The notes: generated by a model not told the origin, from the letters alone. Counted from the stretch's first letter, positions 9,567-19,666 are shown. The stretch: 64,000 nt of DNA from Sedimentisphaerales bacterium (GCA_963666285.1 OY762711.1); one strand, 5' to 3'. A program made the numbers and translations.

Positions 9567-11444
9567 TTAATATGGTATCAGTTTGCCGCCGCCGGATAGA
9601 GCTATAGTCTTTCCTTCCAGCCATTTATTGGTTTCAGCTTCCTTTTTATAATATATATCATGGCCGTTATCGTGGATATTTGATAAAGTAATATCATCAT
9701 TCATAAGGCCTGTCAGGTACGACTTGCCTGTTACTTCCCAGCTGCTGCTTTCGTCCATCTCCAGTAATATTCTGTCAGCGCTGTCGTCGGTATTTATCTT
9801 ACCTTCCAGGATCGTACTCTTTCTCAGGATAGCTGTTACCCGGCTGTTCTTATCGCATTCTATATCTCCGGCCAGTTTTTCGTTCTCAGCCTTAAATACA
9901 ACTTTACCGCCGTTTGAGCCGCTTCGACCCCATCTGTCCGAACCTGCCTTGATCAAAATACCGGACGCCGCTTCCAGCTTTGCGCCTTGCTCTATCTCAA
10001 TATATGCCGATGTGTTCGTGATATAAAACATCGGGCCTTCGGCTGCTGTCATAGCTCCGCCTTCCATCTTCAAGACACTTGTTCCTACCCCGGCATCACC
10101 GGAAAAACTCTGGTATAGCATTGCGCCGCATTTCTTCAGGCAGCTCAATTTTGTATTTACCAGGTAAACACTGTTTTTACCCTCAATTACTATCGCCTCT
10201 GAAGCTGTCGCACCGCAATCTGCGTCCTTAACGGTGATCTTACCGGTCGAATATATCGCTGGCGAGCGTGTTCCGGATGTATAGGCACTGCCGCCGGTAA
10301 ACTCTATTGTTCCGCCGCCCCGGTCTGTCGAAATCGCAGCCGATGCTCCGTTTCCGGCCGTCTTGATATCTACATTCTTACATATCACAGTACCGGCTAT
10401 GGTCGCGTCCACTCCGTGTGCGCCTGATGCCTTACAATCGATCAATACATCAGACAGTTCTACTATCGAACCTTCACCAACTGCAAAGGCCCCGTTTGCA
10501 CCGGTACCGGTTGTTATAATGCTTCCTCCCGACATCTTTATCTTACTGCTTGATAGTGCCAATACCCCGGCATTAAGTCCGTAGAAACTGGAGTTTTCCA
10601 TATTGATTGTATTGCCAGATGTGTTTACTTTACAATCTTTCAATATGAGTGTTCCGCTGTCGGTTGTCTTTACCCCGGACATGCACGTTTTAGATGTATT
10701 GTAAACTTCATTTGTCTTTTCTGCTGTCCCTCCGATTTGTGTGTATTTTGCGGTTCCCTCTGTTGTTTTTATTTTCAGCTTTAGCGGTGCGCTGGCTATT
10801 ATATCTAATGTTGCTGTCACCGAAACCGTTGTCTCCGCATTCCTGTTACCCATGCCGCCGCCCGGTCCACCCGGTCCGCCACCCGGCATGCCCATACCAC
10901 CGCCCGGTCCACCCGGTCCGCCACCCGGCATATCCATTCCACCGCCTGGCCCGCCAAACATGCCTGGTCCGCCTTGCTGATTTCGGCGTCTTTGCCCTGT
11001 GCCGCTGTTACTCCTGGTAGTTGTCCCGCCAAAACCCGGCCCGCCTGGGCCGGGACCGTCAAAACCGGGACCGCCGCCCATGCCCGGACCGCCTTCACCT
11101 GGCATACCCATTCCTTCGCCCGGACCGCCTTCACCTGGTGGCATGCCGCCTCCGGGACCGCCCATGCCGAAGCTGCTCCCCTCGACGGGCGTTATCATGC
11201 CGGTATTAGATATTGTCACCAGCCTGTTATCTGAAACTGACCATTTTACCGATTCCGTAACTACCTTGGAGCTTCCATCGGCATAAGTTGCCGTTATGCT
11301 CATCTGCATACTCTCGCCCGCCAGCAGTGTCGTTGTTTTCGGCTTATCGATCCTTATCGATACCGGCTCAGCTGCCCAAACTGTTGTGCCGGGAACTATT
11401 ATCGATAAAGCTATACCGGTTAAATACTTGCAAATTATATTCAT
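9567..11444 (-). CDS. Secreted protein: Ig-like domain, Gly/Pro/Met-rich linker, beta-helix-like C-terminal domain
   Basis: Signal peptide; Ig-like ATYADGS..VT..VKWS motif; GGPGG repeats; SFYGLNAGVLA and AISTDRGGG region. Start at ATG 11444 with RBS gaaagga. Confidence 0.75.
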   Translation of the reverse strand: MNIICKYLTGIALSIIVPGTTVWAAEPVSIRIDKPKTTTLLAGESMQMSITATYADGSSKVVTESVKWSVSDNRLVTISNTGMITPVEGSSFGMGGPGGGMPPGEGGPGEGMGMPGEGGPGMGGGPGFDGPGPGGPGFGGTTTRSNSGTGQRRRNQQGGPGMFGGPGGGMDMPGGGPGGPGGGMGMPGGGPGGPGGGMGNRNAETTVSVTATLDIIASAPLKLKIKTTEGTAKYTQIGGTAEKTNEVYNTSKTCMSGVKTTDSGTLILKDCKVNTSGNTINMENSSFYGLNAGVLALSSSKIKMSGGSIITTGTGANGAFAVGEGSIVELSDVLIDCKASGAHGVDATIAGTVICKNVDIKTAGNGASAAISTDRGGGTIEFTGGSAYTSGTRSPAIYSTGKITVKDADCGATASEAIVIEGKNSVYLVNTKLSCLKKCGAMLYQSFSGDAGVGTSVLKMEGGAMTAAEGPMFYITNTSAYIEIEQGAKLEAASGILIKAGSDRWGRSGSNGGKVVFKAENEKLAGDIECDKNSRVTAILRKSTILEGKINTDDSADRILLEMDESSSWEVTGKSYLTGLMNDDITLSNIHDNGHDIYYKKEAETNKWLEGKTIALSGGGKLIPY

Positions 11445-11632
11445 TATATTCCTTTCACATCTCGCCATGTAAAAAGTAAAGGTAAGAACGCAATGCCTCA
11501 ACTGTGGTTAAATAAAGTTTCTCCTCTTTCGCCGTTCCCCATAGATAATAACGTCATTTATTCCGTAACCATTCGCTCAATATGATTTTCTATGAAAAAT
11601 GAGGCATTAAATTATCAGGCCTTGCCCGGAAG

Positions 11633-11700
11633 GTAGGGTGGGTTAATTTTGTCAACCTGCCCTGAGCTTGTCGATGGGCGTTGACAAAGAACCCATGCGG
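11633..11700. repeat. GTAG-initiated REP-like long hairpin containing a ccctgagcttgtcgatggg module
   Basis: gtagggtgggtt-aat-tttgtcaac...gttgacaaa-g-aacccat; stems directly visible. Confidence 0.6.
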
Positions 11701-11874
11701 TTCTTCTGTTATTTTTCACAAACGAAGCAAGCCAACCTGTAATTATTTGTACTTACCCGTAGCCGTGTTTTTTATTGTCAATTATTTTCTTAATTCTTAA
11801 TTGATCAGACAAAAAACTTTACAATATATTTAGACTCAACAATTTCCTACCAAACCAACATTGTTAAGGATATA

Positions 11875-11898
11875 GTAGGTCAGGCATCCCTGCCTGAC
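11875..11898. repeat. GTAG-initiated REP-like hairpin gtag-gtcaggca-tccc-tgcctgac
   Basis: Perfect 8-bp stem preceded by GTAG. Confidence 0.6.
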
Positions 11899-12017
11899 AA
11901 TAAACCAGTCATCGCGCAAGTGATACCTCCTTTACAATTTTTATTTTACCCTTTACTCTTTGATACCATCCTTCATTAACTTCACTTCCTTCATGGTCAA
12001 ATAATATTCTTTGCAAG

Positions 12018-12173
12018 CTTTGCGTCCTCTGCGAGATCAATAATACAAAACACATTCATCTTGCAAACCAACTTTCTTAATTCTTAATTTTTAATTTCCC
12101 TCCTCCCTCCTTGCTTCTCTCTTCTAACTCTTCTGATTCGTGGTTCAATCTTTGCTCTCGCACCAGCTTTAAA
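12018..12173. repeat. ~155 bp direct repeat, copy 2
   Basis: Matches 9286-9428 with an extra ttcttaa heptamer and an extra ccctcct unit. Confidence 0.9.
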
Positions 12174-12194
12174 ACAAGTCGTCCGCAAATGCGG

Positions 12195-12262
12195 ATTATT
12201 CCTGATGTCAACGTACATCAGGACACCTTAATTTTTCATTTTTCACTATTCATTTTTCATTT
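12195..12262. repeat. 33-bp hairpin module plus heptamer tract
   Basis: attattcctgatgtcaacgtacatcaggacacc is identical at 7712, 12195, 13868 and 34468. Confidence 0.9.
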
Positions 12263-12445
12263 AACAACGCTTGCCATTAGGCTCATTATAATGTTGAAAC
12301 ATTACAGGCAATCTGTTATATTAGAGCACTTATATCTTATTACTGTAACCGTGTGAACGGTTACTAATTTGTTTGTTGTTGGTCGCCGCCACTGATTACC
12401 GGCTTACTGGCAGCTGGATGCCGATTACTGTTTAGAGGTCTTGTT

Positions 12446-13648
12446 ATGGAAGTATACATTAGTATTATCGTATTTGCCGCATTGGGATTGGTATTTTTTC
12501 TGTTTAGAAATTCACGTATCCCGATTTATAGAAAAACCATCAATGTCCCTTCAGACCGGGTAAAAGATATTATCTGTAGTATTCTCAGTTCCAAAACAGA
12601 TTTTAAGATCAGGTGCCTTTCCAAAAAGGGTGACTGGAAAGATGTTCATTCCTTAAATAGAATCCATGTTAATAATAATGCTAATATCGAAATTGCATCC
12701 TTAACCAAAACGGAAAAAGGTGGTTTGCAAACCGATTACCTGCTGACCCTCGATATGGAAGCTAAAAAATGTTCCGTCTGTGTAACTTTATTTGAATTAG
12801 CTTCTCTATTAAGCCCATCCATTTTAATTGTAATTGGAACAATATTTGCAGTGCATGAATTCAGTTCGGTAGCAGATGGTCCTGATTATTTCGGGAGATT
12901 CTTTGTTTTAATATTTCCTATTGTTGGTTTTGTTCTATTATTCTTTTCTTTACGCAAGATTGTCCGGTTTGCCAAAGTCACTAACGCACTCGGCATAGCC
13001 GAACATCCCTCCATTCCTTCATCTGCCCGGCATGTTAATCATCACCAGCCGCGGGATGACTTTGATGAAGATTCGCTGCCCGACGAAGTTGTATCGCAGG
13101 ATCAGGACTCTTTCGTTTATGACGGCAGGGGGGCGAACTATTTCGTGTTATATATAGTTGCTGTTGTATGGAACGCAGCTGTTTGGGGTTACTTGTTCTC
13201 CCAAAGAGCAAAACTCTCCGGGTTCTTCTCCGATTTCGTCCCTCAAAAGATCATCGCCGTTCTATTGGCATCTGCCTTTATCCTGCTGGGCCTGTTTATC
13301 CTCTATCATGCGGCAAAGAATTTTCTTTTCGGAAAATTCACCGTCAGGGTTACACCTTCCGGCACACTCATCAAGGAGTACTTCTTAACAAACATGACTA
13401 TAGACTGTTCTATGATCGGGTCGGTCAAATGCATGGATTATAAAAAGAAAAATAACGGCTTCGGTCAAAAATGGCAAATATGCGATATCGAAAAAATGTC
13501 TGACCATGAAATCGACAATTGCGATTTCCGATCCGCCGTTATTCTTACCACTACCTCCGATCAGCAGATAGTGTTCTACCGTACCGACCGCGGGCTCGGC
13601 GCTGTCGACGAATTGGCCGAATGGATCAAAACCAGGATTTGTGCCTGA
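12446..13648 (+). CDS. Hypothetical membrane protein
   Basis: 400-aa ORF with about 5 hydrophobic segments; RBS gagg upstream. Confidence 0.7.
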   Translation: MEVYISIIVFAALGLVFFLFRNSRIPIYRKTINVPSDRVKDIICSILSSKTDFKIRCLSKKGDWKDVHSLNRIHVNNNANIEIASLTKTEKGGLQTDYLLTLDMEAKKCSVCVTLFELASLLSPSILIVIGTIFAVHEFSSVADGPDYFGRFFVLIFPIVGFVLLFFSLRKIVRFAKVTNALGIAEHPSIPSSARHVNHHQPRDDFDEDSLPDEVVSQDQDSFVYDGRGANYFVLYIVAVVWNAAVWGYLFSQRAKLSGFFSDFVPQKIIAVLLASAFILLGLFILYHAAKNFLFGKFTVRVTPSGTLIKEYFLTNMTIDCSMIGSVKCMDYKKKNNGFGQKWQICDIEKMSDHEIDNCDFRSAVILTTTSDQQIVFYRTDRGLGAVDELAEWIKTRICA

Positions 13649-13830
13649 CCTTATATATTATTGGTGTAAACCTGTCCGCCTCAGGCGGATTTGTGTTTCG
13701 TGGTTTAGCTCTTCGGCATCTCAACCGTTACCCATGTCCTGAACGAACCACGTTTTCCTTCTCCCTCCTCGCTTCTCTCTTCTTACTCTTCTCACCCTTC
13801 AGGTGCCGCAATTTTGATTGAACTTTACCT

Positions 13831-13954
13831 ACGCGTCAGCTTAAAATAAAGTTGTGAGCGAGAGCGAATTATTCCTGATGTCAACGTACATCAGGACACC
13901 TCCTTTACACTTTTTATTTTACACTTTACTCTTTGATGCCGCTTCGCGGCATCT
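13831..13954. repeat. Composite repeat: gcgtcagc-ttaaaa, 33-bp hairpin module, heptamer tract, gatgccgcttcgcggcatc hairpin
   Basis: Same layout as 60461-60550, which carries a different central hairpin. Confidence 0.8.
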
Positions 13955-14445
13955 GGTCTGCCCAACCTCCAAAAACAGGCCGACACCCTCAAGGTAAATT
14001 CCCGCCGTACCACCTCCGTGGCCCGCCACACACCCTCCGCTGGTCTGTTACGCTTATGCCGCGTGGTCGTGGTTACTATTGCGTGATACCACAAGAGCTC
14101 TTCTCACCGCCGCGTCAATCCGCAGGCCCTTCGTAATCCGCCGTGGCTCTTCGCCCGGTCTTCATTAACCGCTGTCCGCCGCCGTTACTGAGAAGGGCTC
14201 TTCTTCCCGCCGCGCATCCGCCGCAAAGGTCCCTTAACCCGCCTTAGCCCACCACGCGGTCTCCGTTAAACGCCGTCGGCCGCCAGCTTGCCATTTCCAG
14301 CTAAGATCTCATGCCAGCTGAACCGGACCGCATTACATTAGTAAAGGTAGGCCCTGGCCTATATCACAGCCATTTCATTGTACCATCCTGTCACGACAAT
14401 GGCCCGCCCAACCCGTTTCTGCCATTTTCCCGATATATTTAAACG

Positions 14446-14480
14446 AAAAAAAAGACACACTTTCTTAGCATGTCTTTCTT
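14446..14480 (-). terminator. Probable intrinsic terminator of the sigma/anti-sigma operon
   Basis: aaagaca/tgtcttt stem with an A-run on + (U-run on -). Confidence 0.45.
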
Positions 14481-14556
14481 TATATCTGGGTCCGTATTTT
14501 ACGGTCTTGAGGGCTTTATTAATTCATATTCAATTTTGTTAAGATATTGCCAAAGC

Positions 14557-15360
14557 TTATTTTATATCAAATATACTGTCAGGCATTACCATATCAATCT
14601 CAATCACATCTACGTGAGAGATTACTTTTCCGTCACGAATTCTATCAATCTGATATATCATCGGCTGATCTTTGTCGACGATATACTCAAAAATATCGCC
14701 TAGCATTGGGTTTTTCGCCTGAACCTTCATACAGGCTTCTCCCTTAAACATAACCTCTTCTGAGCTGATAACTTTACTTGTACCAAGCAGTTTCTGAGTC
14801 GGTGAAAATTCAAACGGGAATACCTCTCCAAGCTCACCCAGAAGCATCATTTCTGGGCCATATGTTTCCAACGCCGGCTTGTACGAGATTGATCCATCTT
14901 TTTTCTTTATACTGTAACTTGCGGTACTGTTTGCAATTACAGTTCCGTCTGAAAATTCCATACGGTAATTGTTAGGCTTTTGCCACCACATCTCTACTGA
15001 GCTTCCCATAGTGCTCATCTTAAAATGCACATTCTCAAAATCAGTAATCTTACTTAATATATTGTCCGCAACAACGTTGGAATTACCGGCCTGATTATTA
15101 CCTATATTAAACATCGCCATGCTAAAGACGATTAGTAAAATCGCTGCAACTGCTGCTGTCTTAGATAGATATCGACCCAGTTGTAAAATTCCGCTACGGC
15201 TGCGAGCATAATTTGCAACAGACCTATCGGCCATTTGAACGCTCTCGAGCTGGGTTAGAAGTTTTGACCGGAGGAAGTCATGTCCCTGCTCGAATTTGTC
15301 ATAATGACCGGACAGGTCTTCAAAAAAGGAGGACAATGAATTGTTATTGTTGTTATTCAT
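14557..15360 (-). CDS. Putative anti-sigma factor (single TM, LolA-like periplasmic part)
   Basis: Overlaps the ECF sigma stop codon; TM AAVAAILLIVFSMAMF; VEMWWQKPNNYRME segment. Confidence 0.7.
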   Translation of the reverse strand: MNNNNNNSLSSFFEDLSGHYDKFEQGHDFLRSKLLTQLESVQMADRSVANYARSRSGILQLGRYLSKTAAVAAILLIVFSMAMFNIGNNQAGNSNVVADNILSKITDFENVHFKMSTMGSSVEMWWQKPNNYRMEFSDGTVIANSTASYSIKKKDGSISYKPALETYGPEMMLLGELGEVFPFEFSPTQKLLGTSKVISSEEVMFKGEACMKVQAKNPMLGDIFEYIVDKDQPMIYQIDRIRDGKVISHVDVIEIDMVMPDSIFDIK

Positions 15361-15886
15361 TATTGTTGGTTAAGTGTTTCTCTAAGCTCTTACGGGCCTT
15401 TTCCAAAAGCCTGAACAATGCACTTCTGGAAACATTTAATATACGGCATGCATCTTTTGCTTTCTGGTCCTGCATATAATAAACGTGCAGGGCGAGCCGC
15501 TCTTTTTCAGGCAGTTTCTGTAATGCCTGGTTAATCTCTTCGCTTATAAGGTTCTGATCTTGCTGATCTTCCGATTCCTGCTCCGGCATTTCATCTCCGA
15601 CATAAACATGTTTATCCCGAAATTTGCCTCGGCGGTATTCGCGAGCGATATTCTTTGCTATTGTAGTGAGCCAGGGCCCAAATTTATCTCGTTCTTCCAG
15701 TCTTTCCAGCAGGTTATAAGCCCGCAAAAAAACTTCCTGAGCCAGGTCCTGAGCTGAAGTCAGATCTTGCGTTGTGTCGTAACACATTGCCCTGATTAGT
15801 TTTGCATATCTGTCGTAAAGTTGACCGTAGGCTTCTTTATCGCCAGATAGCGTCGCTTCGACTAACTGTTGGTCTGTTAAACTCAC
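15353..15886 (-). CDS. ECF-family RNA polymerase sigma factor
   Basis: DQQLV...GDKEAYGQLYDRY, AQDLAQEVFLRAY, WLTTIAKN, ALQKLP..ER motifs. Confidence 0.95.
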   Translation of the reverse strand: MSLTDQQLVEATLSGDKEAYGQLYDRYAKLIRAMCYDTTQDLTSAQDLAQEVFLRAYNLLERLEERDKFGPWLTTIAKNIAREYRRGKFRDKHVYVGDEMPEQESEDQQDQNLISEEINQALQKLPEKERLALHVYYMQDQKAKDACRILNVSRSALFRLLEKARKSLEKHLTNNNE

Positions 15887-16274
15887 TCGACGGCCTCCTG
15901 CTCGTTAGAGCCGAAACCATCGGCAAACAGACAAACATGCCCTTCAGCCAATATAATAGTGGCCGAATACTCTCGACCAGTCCCAAATTTTTTTGCTATT
16001 TCAGACATTATTCTCCGGATTATACGGCATACCAGCATGTTGTGTTCTTGCTAATATTAGATAAAGTATTATATATAATATGCTTATATATTATACGATA
16101 CCTTTGACTCTTCCGCTTTGGCTGCCGTATTTCCTTCTGGCAAATATACATAAGCTTTGTATTAGCGCAAACAGGTTTTCTATGCCTAACTTAAGTTATA
16201 TCGACATGTTAGGGTGAAAGGATTACCAACAATGAGGAGATTTGGAAAATTTATTGGACTTGTCTGAACTTCAT

Positions 16275-17396
16275 TCAGCTCGAATAAACGATATTGCCGG
16301 TCATGACAATGTCGTTCTCAATTATCTCATTTTTGACATTTTCCAGCTGGAAACTCTCAGAAAAGCTGATCGGAATTGCACCGGGACCATCACCAACTAC
16401 GATTGGGGCTGTATAAACCGCTACTCTATCTGCCAGTCGATTTACCAGCAGTTCATTCAGCAGGGTAGGTCCACCTTCAACCATCAAATTGCATACTCCC
16501 AGCTCGGCAACCTTTTCCATAACTGCTTTCAGGTCAAGGCGATTTTCTCCCGTACCGCCGACCGGTATCAGCTCACATCCCGCGTCACGAAGCTCATCTA
16601 CATGTACAAAACGGTCACGGATTGCTTTTTCTGTGGTGAAAATATAACACGGACCCGCAGCGGGGCTCTGAAACAGCTGGCGGTCAAGCGGCAAGCTCAA
16701 AGTTGAATCCAGGACAAAACGCCTGAGAATGGTGTTTTCAACTCCAAAAATACGTACATTCAGAATTGGATTATCATTCAGCACTGTTCTGCTGCCTACC
16801 ATTATGCCGTCGCAGAAATCTCGAAGCTCATGTACATGATGCCTTGCCAGGTCGCCGGTGAACCAGCGTCGAGGGTCGCCATCCTGAAAAGTCAGTTTGC
16901 CGTCAATACTCTGGGCCCATTTCAGGATAATAAAAGGTTTTTTCTCCCGGATCAGCTTAAAGAAGCCGACGTTCAGCTCGCGAGCCTCGGCCCCGCAAAG
17001 GCCAACGTCAACGGTAATACCATTTCGGCGGAGAACCTCAACGCCATTACCGGATACCTGCTCAAAATCATCTATCGTTGCAACTTCTACTTTGGTAATA
17101 CCAGCCGCCATGATCGCATCAGTACACGGTGGCGTTTTGCCGTGATGACAGCAAGGCTCAAGGGTAACATACATGGTAGCACCAGCCGGCTCATTGCCAA
17201 GACGCCTGCAGCATTCAATAGCGTCAACTTCCGCATGATTTTCGCCAAAAGCATGATGATATCCTTCGCCGATTACCTCGCCATCTTTCACAAGTACTGC
17301 TCCTACCATAGGGTTAGGAGCCACTCGGCCGGCTCCTTTGCGTGCCAGCTCTAATGCCCGATTCATATATTGTGTTCTTGCTGTATCGGTTTCCAT
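16275..17396 (-). CDS. ribD: Bifunctional riboflavin deaminase/reductase RibD
   Basis: PNPMVGAV, HAE, VTLEPCCHHGKTPPC, KWAQSIDG, VEGG motifs. Confidence 0.97.
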   Translation of the reverse strand: METDTARTQYMNRALELARKGAGRVAPNPMVGAVLVKDGEVIGEGYHHAFGENHAEVDAIECCRRLGNEPAGATMYVTLEPCCHHGKTPPCTDAIMAAGITKVEVATIDDFEQVSGNGVEVLRRNGITVDVGLCGAEARELNVGFFKLIREKKPFIILKWAQSIDGKLTFQDGDPRRWFTGDLARHHVHELRDFCDGIMVGSRTVLNDNPILNVRIFGVENTILRRFVLDSTLSLPLDRQLFQSPAAGPCYIFTTEKAIRDRFVHVDELRDAGCELIPVGGTGENRLDLKAVMEKVAELGVCNLMVEGGPTLLNELLVNRLADRVAVYTAPIVVGDGPGAIPISFSESFQLENVKNEIIENDIVMTGNIVYSS

Positions 17397-17751
17397 ATGG
17401 AGTTGCCTTTCTTTCGATAATACTATATACCAGTTCGCAACTTCCTGGCAAAGAAAAAGTAGCTGAAGAATTGAGCAGCTCCAGTTTCAGGTAGTTAGTT
17501 TTTGTACTTATTCTCGTATGTTTGCCTGTTGCAATTATCGCCCCAAAGAGGGTTTATCTTGACATTTTTGCGGCTATTCAGTATAAATTATAATTAAGGT
17601 TGCTGTATTTAATCTGTGTGATATGTAAGTTGGTTACTAAATGGGATTTATGATTTGTCCTTAATTCTGGTTTCTTTTATACAGCATAATTTCTGTGTCG
17701 CAATAATATTGTCTGTTTATGTGTTTATAATATAACAATTTGGGAGCAGCA

Positions 17752-18501
17752 ATGAATTCGGAAATATTAAGATTACTTCAGACTCAGCTTAATAACGGCG
17801 AAATAACAAAAGAAGTTTATGATGAAAGAGTGAAGTTATTAAGTTATGATTTTTCTAATCCGTCATCAAATAACAAGCTCTCGGCACCTGACCCCGGTAT
17901 TCGCCATGATTCCGGGCAATATACCAGTCCTGCCGGAAACAAAAAAACTGTTAACATGATGATTGTTATGCTTATTCTTGCCCAGGTCTTATTGGTTGGT
18001 GGCGGAGTTTTGGGAGTGGTTATTTACAGTGCGAGTAGTAAGGATGGAAAGTCTTATCAAAGCCAGACTTCAACATACAGAGACTCCAACACTACCAAAT
18101 CCTCATCTAGTAATACTATTAGTACTCAACAGCGACAGCCAAATGCAAGTACTACTCACACAAGTACTTCCAAACGTAGTGCTGTCAGTAATGTCGGGCG
18201 TGCTCTTGGTGATGATTCTCTGGTGGAACTGGTAGAAACTAGTGCTGAAGTAGTTGATACTATTAATCAGATCGATGAAGATTACAAAGTTACAGATTCT
18301 TTGAACGAAATTGGGCGGATCAGCCAGGAGAAATACAAAGAGCTGGACCAGAAATACGATATTAAAGGTAAAGCGGAAACTGCGGAGAAAAAAATACGCG
18401 ATACCGCCAAAAAATATAAGGTTAAAGAAAAGGCAGAGGCCGCTGAAAAGAAACTGCGAGAGGCTTCCAATAAATTTAATAAGTGGCTTAAATCAAAATG
18501 A
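17752..18501 (+). CDS. Hypothetical membrane-anchored protein (SHOCT-like N-terminus, Ser/Thr linker, charged helical tail)
   Basis: L..GEIT.E.Y motif; one TM; RBS ggag before ATG 17752. Confidence 0.65.
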   Translation: MNSEILRLLQTQLNNGEITKEVYDERVKLLSYDFSNPSSNNKLSAPDPGIRHDSGQYTSPAGNKKTVNMMIVMLILAQVLLVGGGVLGVVIYSASSKDGKSYQSQTSTYRDSNTTKSSSSNTISTQQRQPNASTTHTSTSKRSAVSNVGRALGDDSLVELVETSAEVVDTINQIDEDYKVTDSLNEIGRISQEKYKELDQKYDIKGKAETAEKKIRDTAKKYKVKEKAEAAEKKLREASNKFNKWLKSK

Positions 18502-18556
18502 GTTATGAGAATAGCTTCTGGGAGATCTTCCATTTTGTTTGATGTTTTCTTCTGAC

Positions 18557-19540
18557 CTATTTCAACCAGTTGGTGGATAATATTCCCAGGTCCGCCATAT
18601 CAATATTGCCAAATTCCTCGGTATTTGTCAGCCAGTTACTTGACATAATCGTAATGTCTGACAGGTTAACAAAACCATCGCAATTCATATCTGGCTGAGG
18701 GTGTAGGATGACTGGCTGGTAGAGTATGATGTTGCCCTCAGATCTGCCATAGTCTTCTGTGATATAAAGTTCTGTTCCCTTTACAGTTATGCCTTCTTGG
18801 TCTGAACCGGGCAGCTCCCATGTGCCTGTTGCAGTGCCGTCTGGCAGAATTGAGGCCAGAAGATTTTCATTCTCGTAAATAACATAAATTTGCTGCTGGC
18901 TGTGGCAGTAGTTAAGTGCGGAAATGTCGTCTGTGATAGATTCTATTGTCCCGACATGATTTACACTGGTTGAGCTGCTGCTGGTAATGATAGGTAGTTC
19001 AAAGATGTATATTTCGCCATTGTCCTGCAGTCCTGCGTAGAAGAAGCCTGTTTCGGGGGTGTTTTCATCTGGTACAAAGGTAAGCGCCTCAAGTCCGGCG
19101 TTTGATGGGCCGTCCATCCAGCTTGTCAAGTCGAAGCGGCGGGTTATCCGTTCTGTCTTGAGATGGAACTCCAGAATACTGTCTGGGTCTTCGTTTGCAA
19201 GGTATACGTATTCTGGTCGGTCTGGAACAACAGTTACTCCTTCCAGGTCAGCGTCGATTTCCCATTCTGAAATAATTTCAAAGTCTGGTGTAGCAGAAAC
19301 CAATATGCCGCCATCAGATACGATGAAAAAATGCTGCAAATCTCGCTGCCAGACTATCCCGCTGAATTCCATATTATCTAAATCTAGATCTTCGGTTATG
19401 GTCCGACCTGGCTCTGCTTCCTGCGGAAATTTCTGCTGGCTGTAGCTTGTTGAAATGATAATAGTTAAAATAACTATAACTAATTGTGGTAAAATGGATA
19501 ACAATTCAAATTTCTCTCTCGTAAATATCGCTCTGTGCAA
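18557..19540 (-). CDS. SdiA-regulated/YjiK-like beta-propeller protein with dockerin-like tail
   Basis: EFSGI, DLEGVT, NAGLEALTFV, QEGIT repeats; C-terminal DMNCDGFVNLSD...NWL. Confidence 0.7.
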   Translation of the reverse strand: MHRAIFTREKFELLSILPQLVIVILTIIISTSYSQQKFPQEAEPGRTITEDLDLDNMEFSGIVWQRDLQHFFIVSDGGILVSATPDFEIISEWEIDADLEGVTVVPDRPEYVYLANEDPDSILEFHLKTERITRRFDLTSWMDGPSNAGLEALTFVPDENTPETGFFYAGLQDNGEIYIFELPIITSSSSTSVNHVGTIESITDDISALNYCHSQQQIYVIYENENLLASILPDGTATGTWELPGSDQEGITVKGTELYITEDYGRSEGNIILYQPVILHPQPDMNCDGFVNLSDITIMSSNWLTNTEEFGNIDMADLGILSTNWLK

Positions 19541-19666
19541 TATTAACCTTATGGATCATGTCAATCATAGCAAAAATGATAAATGTGAGTCAAGGTTTTT
19601 CAGTGTAGTCTTTGTGTAATCGGTCAATCGATTACATAGAGATCACGATTCTTTGTTTAAAATGAA

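Noticed and set aside
12111..12356. Short ORFs over repeats (also 9216-9446, 13891-14094, 34300-34491, 46300-46512, 51853-52068)
   Set aside because: They are translations of the non-coding repeat modules; frames are not conserved between copies
15340..15369. (AAY)n tract at the sigma/anti-sigma overlap as a phase-variation switch
   Set aside because: Short, imperfect and trinucleotide, so slippage would keep the frame
17397..17740. FMN riboswitch upstream of ribD (and cobalamin riboswitch near cobO)
   Set aside because: No conserved riboswitch motifs recognised in these AT-rich leaders
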